Assembly: GCA_031835245.2 (NCBI GenBank)
Contig: JAVKOQ020000072.1
Span: 124,001 to 188,000 of the forward strand
Direction: 5' to 3'
DNA length: 64,000 bases
Source: Balamuthia mandrillaris
Taxonomy: Eukaryota
Shown here: positions 40,465 to 51,141 of the stretch, in pieces
How positions within the stretch are numbered: the first letter of the stretch is position 1
Layout: each line of letters begins with the position of its first letter
Notes under the pieces: model-generated
The model's database searches: none
What the model was told of the DNA's origin: nothing
What the model saw: the letters and a program-made list of their open reading frames with translations, nothing else
Program-made: the position numbers and the translations under genes

Positions 40465-41156
40465 ATCACACCGCGGAGCTGATCCGACCACCTCCGCGTA
40501 AGACCGTTGGGAACCCAGAGTAAGGCCGCCTTTGGTACTATTTGCACTTCCTTTTCCACCATAAGATTATTGATCTCCTTGTCGAGGGATTCAATCAGGT
40601 CCCTGAATCGTACAATCACTGCGAGTGAGAGTACGCCTGCCTCGGAGAGCTTACCACACTCGTGAGAAACACGGCTAATACAATCAAACAGCAGCGCCAC
40701 TTGACTATTGGTTCGCTCCTTAACGCCGTCTGCACTGACTGAGTCCGAATCAATCTTCCCCTTGGGCACAACACTTGTCCCTTCCTCTCGGCGGGGCGAA
40801 TCCGCTACCGAGTTACACTGATCCTCTGCCCCTCTGTCGTCCTCCTCCTTTTGGTGCACCCTGGGAGAAGGAATCTTGACTGTGGTAGTGTTCAGGTGCC
40901 CATACTTTTCCACCGCCAACTTGAACGCTTCCTCCAGAAACTGATTTAGCTTGTCCCCTTTGACAAAACACTCGGGGATCTTTGCCTCTTATTGCACAGC
41001 TTGCAAAGCGGGCTTCCACGAACGATTACCGTTTAGGGTCCCCAGTCTAAGACGTTCCTTCATGGCCAGATCCACCCATCGACGTAGGACCTGTTCCCTC
41101 TCCTGACTGTCAATCAATTCAGTGCTCTTGCGTGGCAGAGTCCTATTTTTCCGCAT
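40461..41156 (-). CDS. LINE ORF1 (232 codons, one in-frame TAA at 40989-40991)
   Basis: ATG at 41156 gives MRKNRTLPRK...LQAVQ*EAKIPECF..., in frame with ORF 40461..40919. Confidence 0.65.
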
Positions 41157-41794
41157 TTTTTCCTCCTGATGAATGGGTAATCAAGTGTTCTAGTTTTCTT
41201 ACTTGTTGAAAGGCAAAGAGATAGAAAAGAAGATAAGTTCTTTGGTCTTGTTAGATAGAGCAAATAACACCATTTGTGCAACTCCAATATAGTAGCTCTT
41301 CTTTTTGCCAGGTTCTCCTTCTGTTGTCAACCTGAGGAAACCTCTCATCTTTTCCCTTCTTCTTTCTTGATGTTTCCTTTTCTCTCTCTTCCATTTTATG
41401 CTTCGTTCTTTCTTCTAGTTTAAATACTGTCTCTCCTTGTTTCTTCTTCTTTCCTCCCAGGACAACTTACAACTTACAACAAGATACTTTACTTGTACTC
41501 TTTACTTTTAGAAAATTAAGTTTGAGTCTTGTACTTACTTTGTCTCTGCTATTATTCCCATTCTTATTTTACAACAAAATGGACAGGGCCAAAACAAAAG
41601 AAACAAGGGAACAAAATATGTTGAAGAGGGAAAGGTGTGGTGTGAAATCAAAACTCACAAGCTTAAAGAAGGAAACTACAGAATAAGGAAGAAGCCTAGT
41701 GATAACAAGTGATTGGTCTCATTGGTCCCTATCAAAGATGTTAACAAGATGAAAAGGAAGAAAAATGGGCAACAGAGCTAACATATTGAGAGTA

Positions 41795-42018
41795 GTAGTA
41801 ATACGAAGTTTATTTGCTCTGAGAGCAACACCAATCTATACATAAAAAGTAAGCATTGTACATACATAGTGTACTCTTACTTCTCTTACTCCCTCATCCT
41901 CAATGCCTTCCCAATTGTTACTCAAATTCACAAGTGAAAGGTGTTGAATGAGATTTCAGACCAACTTTGTATCATCTAGCTTTCCCTTTCCATTCTTCTC
42001 TTTTCCTTGCTATTACAT
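41795..42018 (-). mobile_element. Short LINE-tail insertion (3' UTR only) with TSD
   Basis: TSD ACATATTGAGAGTA (41781-41794) and ACATATGGAGAGTA (42019-42032), 13/14 match. Confidence 0.9.
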
Positions 42019-42834
42019 ACATATGGAGAGTAATTCTTGTTCTCTTTTATATTTTCCTCTTTTTCTTCTTTTACTTAAAGGACTAATTTTAGCCAATGCC
42101 TTTGATTCTTAGAGTATAAACAGTATGCTACTAATGCTCTTGGCTAAGCTTCCAATAGACATGTGATTGAAAAGGAGCACATATCCTTATAGTTGTGGAA
42201 TCTAGACCCTGGTCTTGTTGATTTCCACTGTGAGTAGGTAGTCTGTTGTATCTTTGTTTCTTTCTTTTGTTCTGTCAACAATCTTATGCCAGCTGTCATT
42301 GATCCTTAATGTTGACACCAAGTCATTCTGAAGATCTTTTTCCTACCTTCCTTGGTTCCTTCCTCAGCCTAGAACTAAGAAACTACGAACCTGCTTTCCA
42401 ACTCAAAGCCTCTTTCCTTCCTTGGTTCACTTCTCAATATAAACACTTTCCCTTCAACAAGAACAGAACTCGGACAACAACATGTTCATAAACATACTTA
42501 TTTCCTTCCTTTTCATTAAATATATTCAATTCTCATCTTTTTCTTTATTTCTTTTTTGGTTTGCACTAGTGCTCAGGTGCTAACATGCATATAAAGCAAG
42601 GCAGTGTGCATGTACTAATAAAAATTAAAAAAAAAGAAAGTGTTATATATACAATAGAACACTTAGCAACTTACTGGAAAATAATTACCATGGTAACAGG
42701 TTTTAGAGTTTGGATAAAAGCATGAACCCAAGTTTTGTGCTAATGGAATAACACTGCACTAGCAGAAAAAAAAAAGGGTAGCCCCTCATGTAGAAATTGG
42801 ATAATTTCTAGTGATAATTAGACCCATTGGTATA

Positions 42835-43118
42835 TAGTAGTAGTAGTAATAAGAAGTTTATTTGCTCTGAGAGCAACACCAATCTATACATAAAAAGTAA
42901 GCATTGTACATACATAGTGTACTCTTACTTCTCTTACTCCCTCATCCTCAATGCCTTCCCAATTGTTATTCAAATTCACAAGTGAAAGGTGTTGAATGAG
43001 ATTTCAGACTAACTTTGTATCATCTAGCTATCCTTTTCTTTTCCTTTCCTTTCTTCTCTATTCCTTGCTATTACAATACTTCCAAAGATTGATAAAATGC
43101 AGAAGAACTTCCATACTT
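42835..43118 (-). mobile_element. 5'-truncated LINE copy (end of ORF3, 3' UTR and tail)
   Basis: Reverse complement of about 30390-30669; no TSD found. Confidence 0.92.
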
Positions 43119-43139
43119 GTTTATATTTTAATTTAGTAT

Positions 43140-43389
43140 TGTCACAACCTGGACTTGGGTCATGCCAATCCCTCATACAATACTCACAAAGGAGAGATAA
43201 GATTGGGGTGGTTCTTGGTTTGCTCTTATTAGAAAGATCCGCTTCATGTGTACAGTTTCTCTCTATTTCTTCTATTTTCTCTTTTTTTTCCTGTTTTGCC
43301 CTGCTTTGTGTAACACAATACTAAGAGATTCCGTTGATTGGCTGGCTGACGTCATCCTAGCAATCAGACCAAGATTGCGCCACGTAACA
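43140..43389. mobile_element. Solo LTR (250 bp)
   Basis: TGTCAC...GTAACA termini flanked by 4-bp TSD GTAT (43136-43139 and 43390-43393). Confidence 0.7.
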
Positions 43390-43947
43390 GTATCATGGTT
43401 ACATAGTGTTGAAGTTAATTATTTTTAAAATAATTCTTAGCTGAATTATTTCAATCAAAAAATATTTAAATATGATTCAAAAATAGAACTATAAATCATT
43501 TTTTTTGGAATATTTTCAATGGACTAATCTTTTTTAAAACAGGGGCGCCCTTTTTAGTTTAAAACATGTTATAAAATTTTTTGTAAGAATGGAATTATTT
43601 TTCTTATATTGATTTATCTTAACTTTGCTTTGTAAGTTATTTCCTTTTCTTTATCTTTATTATCTTTATTTTATTCCTAAGCTTTCTTGTCTTTGTTTAA
43701 AATAAAGTTTGTATCAAATATAATGTTTATTAGCCTTCCATTAGTTGCTTATTGTTTCTGTTTGCTTTGCTTAGTTTCTTCCTTTTGGAAATATTAGCAA
43801 CTCCATGTGTTAAAAAGAGCGTAATTAAACTATAAAGTGTTTCAAGCAAATAGAAAAATGAAAAGACAAGGTAAATTTCAATAAAAAACACAAAAGAAAA
43901 GAGAAAGAAAAAAGCTGAAATACAAGAAATGACAATAACAATGCAGT

Positions 43948-46900
43948 CTATAATATTGAACTGTCCAAGAAAATATGGAGATCCCTCAAGTCTTGTCCAA
44001 TCAACTCCAGCACAGCCAATTGTTCCTCCTTGTTGGAAATGGTTTGTAGGTAATACACTACACGCTGACTTTTTATGGTGGCTTGTGCTTGAGCAATCTC
44101 TTCTGCTGAGGCAAAATATCCTCCTTGCTTGGGATTGAGTCTGCAGCTTTTCACATGCTCATGGGCATCGCCCTTTGTGTCTTCTAAACACAGGCCACAA
44201 AACCCAGCCTTGCATTCACATTTTACAGCACAGCAGCCATCAAAGTCTAAGAAGGCCTAGAGTCCAACGTTAGCATTAACACGAAGGGAAATAGTGAAGG
44301 AATGGCAAACCTTTTTGCAGGCTGGACAGCTGGAAGTCAGCAACTCGCTGCGTATAAAGTTGACACGGTCGCAGACAGTAGGACGCACTAGCCGCTGTTG
44401 TGCCTTGCAGCTCCTGCCTGGATGGTTGCTACTGGGGCTATTGCTGAAGAGCGAACAGCTAGCACAGTAAGTAGCGTTGCACTGATCGCATTTCATGAGA
44501 CGACCACCAAGAGCTATTTCAGAAGCTTGATCCTCTGGCGGAATGCTCAGATATCTGTAACACAATGAAGAATGACAGTTAAAAAGTAACACGTGTTTGA
44601 AGGCAGGAAGTAGTCATACTGGCGACATCCTGCTTTTGGACATCGGGTGTATCTGTCAGAATGCTGCACAAGAAAATCCTCAGTTGCTGCTTGTTTCATT
44701 CTTTCCAAGGCTTCAGATGGCACAAAGGCAAGGAGATCCCGGACGATGATTGGTTCGCATTGTAGCGGGCAACATAGAGGCATAGGCAATAGAGCTTGAC
44801 TAAAGTAGCCCTCAAGACATGCTTTACAGAAAGAGTGGGCACATGCCTGAAGAACTGTTGTAAGTTTTTCGGGGAATCATTAAATTGGTACCGATCCATA
44901 CCTGGAGTGTAACTTGCTCCACAAACGAGTCCAGACAGATGGGACACACGTTCTGCTCTGCTCCTCCGTGGGGTGACCTTGGTGTGGATAGCATGGAAGC
45001 AACTGCTTTTTGAAGCGTGGCAATGCTCTCCTCTGTGCCTGAGGCCATGAGTCTGCTGCCACGGAGGCTCAAGTCTAACACATTTGTTCGTTGTTGAAGC
45101 TGTTGCAATTGCTTTTTTAGTAGTTGCTGGCTGCCTCGCTTGATGATGAAGGCCTGGTCAAGCAATAAATCGGAAAGCTCATTGATGAGGTCACCCAGAA
45201 TGCGTTCTGCTTCTTTCTGCTCTTCTTCATTACCGTAAATACGAATCGTAAGAGTGCGGTTGTCCCAATGAATGTAGGCGGTGCTGTCTGAAAGGTGTTG
45301 TAGTCTCTTGCGGCCATACCAGCTAAACAAGAGGTCTTTTCTTTGATGTCGGAATATGACGCAGTGCAGAACTTTTTCGACGTTGAGATGCAGTTGACGT
45401 AGCTGCCCGAAGTCGTAAGATTGGAGGTCAATGAGCGTTCTTGTGGGTGACTTGTTTACAATCTGCACTCGGATTCCGCGATGACGAGCAGCCTTGAAAT
45501 TGCGATTGAGCTCAACCTCATTGCGCTTCCACAGAGCTACATGGATTGCGATAGAGAGGCTAAACCTGTATTCCAATCGAATAGGTTGGGCGTGCCGTGG
45601 AGCCAGTTGGGCTACTCTGTCAACCACGGTGGAATCAGTGGCCATGGCTGCTGCGACATCAACCGCTGAAGCGAAGAATAGTGTAATGCCTCCACGCCCT
45701 TTCTTCTCGTCAAGGAAGGTCGTGCGGTTTACCACTCTGTCAAGAATAGCGGATGGGATAGCTTGTTGAAGTTCTGCAATGTCAACGAGAAGAGCTGAAG
45801 ATGGGTCTTCATTGCCGTTGCTTGAAGATGACAAGCCATCTTTCTTCCGTTCTCTCTTTACGTAAAGGCCTACTGGCGTTGGGAGTTGCCGTAGTCTTAG
45901 CAGTGATAGAATCTGATGTTCATCTATCGAGGGAGACAAGCCGGCAATGTTTACCTTGTAACCATGGCTACGATGAGCTGCGGAATCGTCTTTTACAACA
46001 AAGAGGTTTCCTCGTTGGGGTGGCAAGTCTGGCTTTTTTGTCACATGAGGCTTTTTTGGATTTAACGGTGCATCTGGGTCGTGTCCGAGCGCCCACACCT
46101 TTCTCCCAAACAATACCTGACCTTCCAGGATCACTTGGTTTGCCTCCGTAGCTGTGCTGAAGATCAATGTTGCCTTCCCAGTAGATGGAGCGGTCGCAAA
46201 GGAGATTGATAGCTGGCCCTTCATGTCATTGAACATTGAGGGCTTCTTGACTCCACCAGGAGAGATATCGATGGTGCAGGCCTCCAGCACTTCTCCTTTT
46301 AGATCTTTTGTCTTTCGAGCGCTCTCCTTATCGTGAAGTACTACATGAACCCACTGAGTATGGCTTTTCTCCTGGTCTCCCTTGTTGTTGGTGGTCGAGG
46401 GTAACAGTGAGCATTCACGGATCTCACCGCACCCTCGTTCCTTCAGAAACTGGCGCAGCCTTTCTTCGTTCCATGAGGCTGGAAGATTGCTGATGTTCAC
46501 ACTGATGAACTCATTGTCGTGCAAGAATGTAATGAGCTGACCGCCAACACCCCATACTATCCGCGTGCCTCCGACAAAAGGCTCTTCTATTACCTCTCCC
46601 TTCAACTGATGTTTGACCGCTTCTATCTTCGCGTCCAAGGCGCTGCGAACAGTACGAACATTGGACGAAGGGCACCAGGCGATTAAAATTCCTTTGGCCA
46701 GATCGGCTTCCACAATACAATTCAGCTCACGTCCTATGGGCTCTGCGTTGGAATTGTATTTGCCAAGCACCGCTCGCAACGTGCTTCTCGGGATATGCTC
46801 GATAATCACTTGCTGTATTTCTCCTCGCTGGAGGGTGTCCGTAAAGATAGGGTAATATTTCAGCCATTCAGCATTGATTGGTGTTACAGTGGAGATATAC

Positions 46901-49900
46901 ACTCTCGAAGTCCGCAAGATGCTGTTGTAGACAACGTAGGAGGTACAGCCATCACCCAGCTGAAAAACTGCCGAGGAAGGATGCACGCAAGCCATGGTAT
47001 CGAAGAGAAGGGAGCGGAACATGCCTTTTTGTTGCCGTTGAGCTGCATTGAGGAGAAGGGCATTGAATGCAAGCCATCGAAGGTCGTCTGAACTAGGTTC
47101 CACTGACTGATCGCTGCTAAGTTGCCAGAGTTTCAAACGCATGAGCCCTCGTCGCAACTCTCTTGCTGTACTTGTGGCCATCATGAGTGCCTTGTTGTTT
47201 ATGAAATTTTCTCTGCACCATGCCCTTACATTGATGGATTTCGCCTGTCGTGCCTCTTCATCATCTTCCAACGCTATCTGAGAGGCGTCCTCAACACCAT
47301 CATCCGCAATGTCTATCGAGGTCGAATGCCCTGCTTCTTCCTCTTCATCTACTTCTTCATCTTCGTCCATACCTTCGTTCACCTCCTCCATTTGGTCTGC
47401 TTTCTTTGGTGCATGGTTGAGGCCATCTGTTGGCTCCACATCGAGTATAGTTTCATCCACAATCTCTTTGTTCTGGGACATGCCCATTATTTGTTGTACC
47501 AACTCCTCATCTTCAATTACATCGCCAATTTCAGCATCTTGCGGTGATGCAATGACTTGCTTCTTGTTCTTTACCTGCGCCCAAATTGAGTAAACATTCC
47601 AGAGAGACACAACATCTCCTTGATCGCTCATGTGCTGTAAGTGAGCTTCCGAGGAGGCCTGACGCATCTGTGGCCCACTCCCACGCCAGAACACCATGTT
47701 CGCAACCGACAACAATCCTGCAACTATACATGCCGCTTCACCTAATAATTTTTCAAGTTAACTTATAATAGCAAGTGAAACCATAGAATTGCAAAGAGTA
47801 GCGCAGAACCTACCAAACCCACGTTGACATGAACTATGGAGCATGTGGACGATACCAGGATCGGCTTGCAGTTCAGCCACAGCTCTGCCCAAATCCGTGA
47901 GTTCCTTTCTTTTGTCGCCGTTGTCTACTGTTACAGCCTTGAGAATTATCAACTCATTCAGCGCATTGTCCAGAGCGTTTGCGTCAGGTGGTTCTAACCA
48001 ATCAAACGCGAAGGGATCCACTCCCATGGACAGCAATGTGGCAAACAACAGGTTAAGGGGACGCCGGAAGAGTTCAGGAGTAATGCTCTCCTTCATTGCC
48101 TCATAGTCATCCTCTGAATAAAGACAATAGCACGTTCCTGACAAACATGTCACAAAGAACAAACCTTCAAGGTTGTCAACTTGGTATTGGGATCAAAGAC
48201 AGTATCCTTGGTGAGACCACTATCTATGACATAGCGAATGCCATTGATTGTGAGGGATGTTTCTGCTACATCAGTAGCAAAAATAATCTTTCTCACTCCA
48301 CTGCCAAGTTTCGTGAAGACTTCTCGTTGTTCCTCTGGCGTTTGTTTACCATACAAGCAAAAGGCCTTAGCTTTGTTCTTCAGCAATTTGTCTGAATCAA
48401 TGACTCGTTGGCATGTTAGCTTTGCCGACTCCACCTTTGTAACAAAGACAAAATAGCATTAGTTGGTATCAAACAGAACATTTACAGACAGCAGTAAACC
48501 TCATCTTGGCCTGTGAGGAAACAGAGGATATCGCCATCGCTAGGTCGAGTGGAACGGGTAATCTCAACAACACATTGTAAGACGTGGTCAATTGTCGATC
48601 TTTCTTGATCAAGAGCAGGCTTGTAGACGATGTCAACAGGAAACAGGCGACCAGGTATTTCAATAAGAGGGCAGTCATTGAAATAAGTGGCAAAAAGGGC
48701 AGTATCCATTGTAGCGGAAGTGATTAGGACTCTGAGATGTGGATAGTTCCTCGCTAACTTCTTGAGAACACCAAGAAGTAAGTCGGTTGCCATGTTACGT
48801 TCGTGAGCTTCATCCACAACGATGGCACAACACGAGCGTAAGAGCTTATCTAGATGGGCCGCCTTGTTCTTTACACCTACGTTTTCGTTAAGTTGCAAAA
48901 GGAGACTACTTTCCGTTGTATACTCTATGCGGGTACGACGAGACGTTTTGCAAATGCCGCTCACTCTATACCCCACTGTTCCGCCTACCCGAGAGAACTT
49001 CGGGTTACCGGCTGAAAACTCGAAAGCCACCCTCTCAGCTAGAGATATTGCAGCAAGCTTGCGAGGTTGTGTGCATATAACCTAGGTATCGAGGCAGGTA
49101 AGGGGAAGGTGTTTCTCAAGAGCTGCAGACGAGGGATCGCACCTTTTTGTCCACAAACTGTGGAAGGTCCGCTAGGTATTGCGGCAGTTGGGTGCTTTTC
49201 CCGCTTCCTGTGCTACCTTTAATTATGATGAATTGATGTTTCTGCAGCGCTTCTTCCAGCTCTGATCGCTTTGCTAGAGCAGGAAGGTGATGAACCAAGC
49301 GAAATAACTCCCTTTTGATCCGCAGATTGGCTTGGGTATTTCCAAGTAGCTCGCTATGCTCAAGAATTCGCAGGATTGCACCTATCACTACTTCTCGTTG
49401 AGCCTTAAACTCGGCTTCGGATTCTTCCACGGCCTTCTGCTCCTCCTGAGCCTTGGCATAGGCAGGCGTTCCATACACTTGATAGCACTGTTGTTGTAAG
49501 GCTTCAGCCCGGTTCCTGGTAATCTGCAGTTGCTTATCAAAGTCTTTCAGAGCCTTTGGTACCATGCGCAGGGCTTTAAGCCGAGAAGTCCAAGCTTTGT
49601 CGTTGAGCAACCCTTCCAGCCGTTGTTGAGCTGAAACGGCTCGACGAAGGAGTTCAGCCTGTCTGGTGGCCAGCTGAGGTCTGTTTCTGGACTGTCCAGG
49701 TGACTCTGACTTGACGAACCTGCATAGTAGAAGGGCAAATGTGAGATAGAGGCTAGAGAACGCGCTCTCTCGCCGTCAGAAAAGAAAGCGGTAGTGGCTT
49801 GACAATGCGGTACCGCTGTTTTACCACCTCTGCTGGTGGTTGGTGCTCAAGAGGTGGAGGTACAGAAACAGAAGTGGTGGTGGCTTGAGCATCAGAAGCA

Positions 49901-50700
49901 GTAGGGTGTAAAAACTTGCATTGCTGGTTTGTGCACGAACGTCCAAACTTGCAACGCCTCGATCGATCTTTGGGATGTCGGAACGGACAGGCGTCGTTGG
50001 AACAAGTACTTGCAAAGTGGCACTTGTCGTTCTCGTGTAGAAACTTGCAGCCGTTCACGTTGAAGCATTGGGTGTTTGTCTTGCATAAGGGTGGGTGCCT
50101 GTAGTGTAACGCGCAAGGCGACCCTGTTTGATTATTATCTATAAGGGAGCGTTGACGTGCAGAATCAGTCCTGTGGAGAAAGCGTACCGGGAGAGGTGTG
50201 ATGCGAAACCTTCCAGGTCGTCTGGAATGGCAACGCTGACGCTTGTGCTGCCAGGTAAGCTGCGTGTGACAAATACTTTGTCTTCTTGTGCTCCTTCGCG
50301 GAGGATGTACTTTTTTGAGTCCCGGTTCAAAGAAGATAGCTCTGTGCGTAGAGTATATGTCGTGTCAACAATGGCCCGGCGTAGATATGCCGAAAGCTAT
50401 GAACTCTGTTTGAGAGAGGAGAGAGGGGAGAGAGAGGGAGAGGGAGAGAGAGAGAGACTAGAAAAATAGGGCAAAAGAGGTAAAAAGAGAGATACGAGAA
50501 GAGAGACGCGAGACAGATAGACTGAGACAAGGAGACAGAGAATATTGCTCACTTGTTCTGTTTGGACTTGGAGATGATGGCGTTGAACTCAACAAAGTCC
50601 TGAAGCTCAGCGGCTTTGGGGAAATAGCTCAACAAAGAGAAGAGAACGGCCGAGAGAACAGCTCGTCCGCCGTCCCGTTATCCGATAACCGAGAAGGAAC
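43948..50700 (-). CDS. CCCH zinc-finger, DEAH RNA helicase (HA2/OB), KH/RRM-like, RING-IBR-RING E3 fusion; DEAH11/12-like, multi-exon, start uncertain
   Basis: Tandem CCCH (CSNDACPFRHP, CTNQQCKFLHP). GSTGSGKSTQLPQ, TQPRKLAA, VDEAHER, ITSAT, FLTGQDE, ATDVAETSLTI. RING CPICLD..CAHSFC, IBR CPKAGC..CDQCNATYC and CPAC..DFDGC..C.C...FC..C. Stop at 43948. Motif VI not found (see findings). Confidence 0.88.
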
Positions 50701-51141
50701 GCACGAGTATGTTTCTTGTCTGTTTGAATGTAGATATGAGTGAACGAAAAAGAAGACAATGGTACGCATTGGGTTCTGGTGATCTACTGACGAGCGAAAT
50801 GCTTTCCCACGTGCTGTTCGCAACGGACGTGGTCCAATATGTCGGCTATCTTCCGCAGACCATCAGCCAATTGGTAAAAGGAGTTGGGCTGGCAACAGGA
50901 TGGTGACCATCTGCTGGATAGAAAGCCAAAAGGCAAGTTCTGCTCCCTCAGCGGGGGACGTGCCACTACATTATGCCTATTAGGTCGGAATGTCAGACGA
51001 CATGGAAGGCAGGAGGAGTTACGGAGTCCTTCCACCAATCAAAAAAAGACATTTTATGGTTAAAAAAACGATACGCGTTGCAAAATAAGAAACAGCCTGA
51101 CCAGATAGAGAGGTCGGTAGCAAGCAACTGCGAGAAGGAGG

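Larger units (their letters stand above)
36278..41178 (-). mobile_element. Full-length non-LTR retrotransposon (APE-RT LINE), about 4.9 kb, three ORFs
   Basis: Perfect 16-bp TSD AATCAAGTGTTCTAGT at 36262-36277 and 41179-41194. Contains ORF1, ORF2, EN-RT-CCHC ORF3, 3' UTR and a short TAC-type tail. Confidence 0.95.

Noticed and set aside
28330..43900. tRNA genes as retroelement targets (as for Dictyostelium TREs)
   Set aside because: No cloverleaf or A/B box was seen by eye; tRNAscan-SE would be decisive.
49547..49738. Apparent frameshift between overlapping helicase ORFs
   Set aside because: A phase-2 intron (CG|gtaccg...tgcag|G) puts the exon in frame with 49116..49610.
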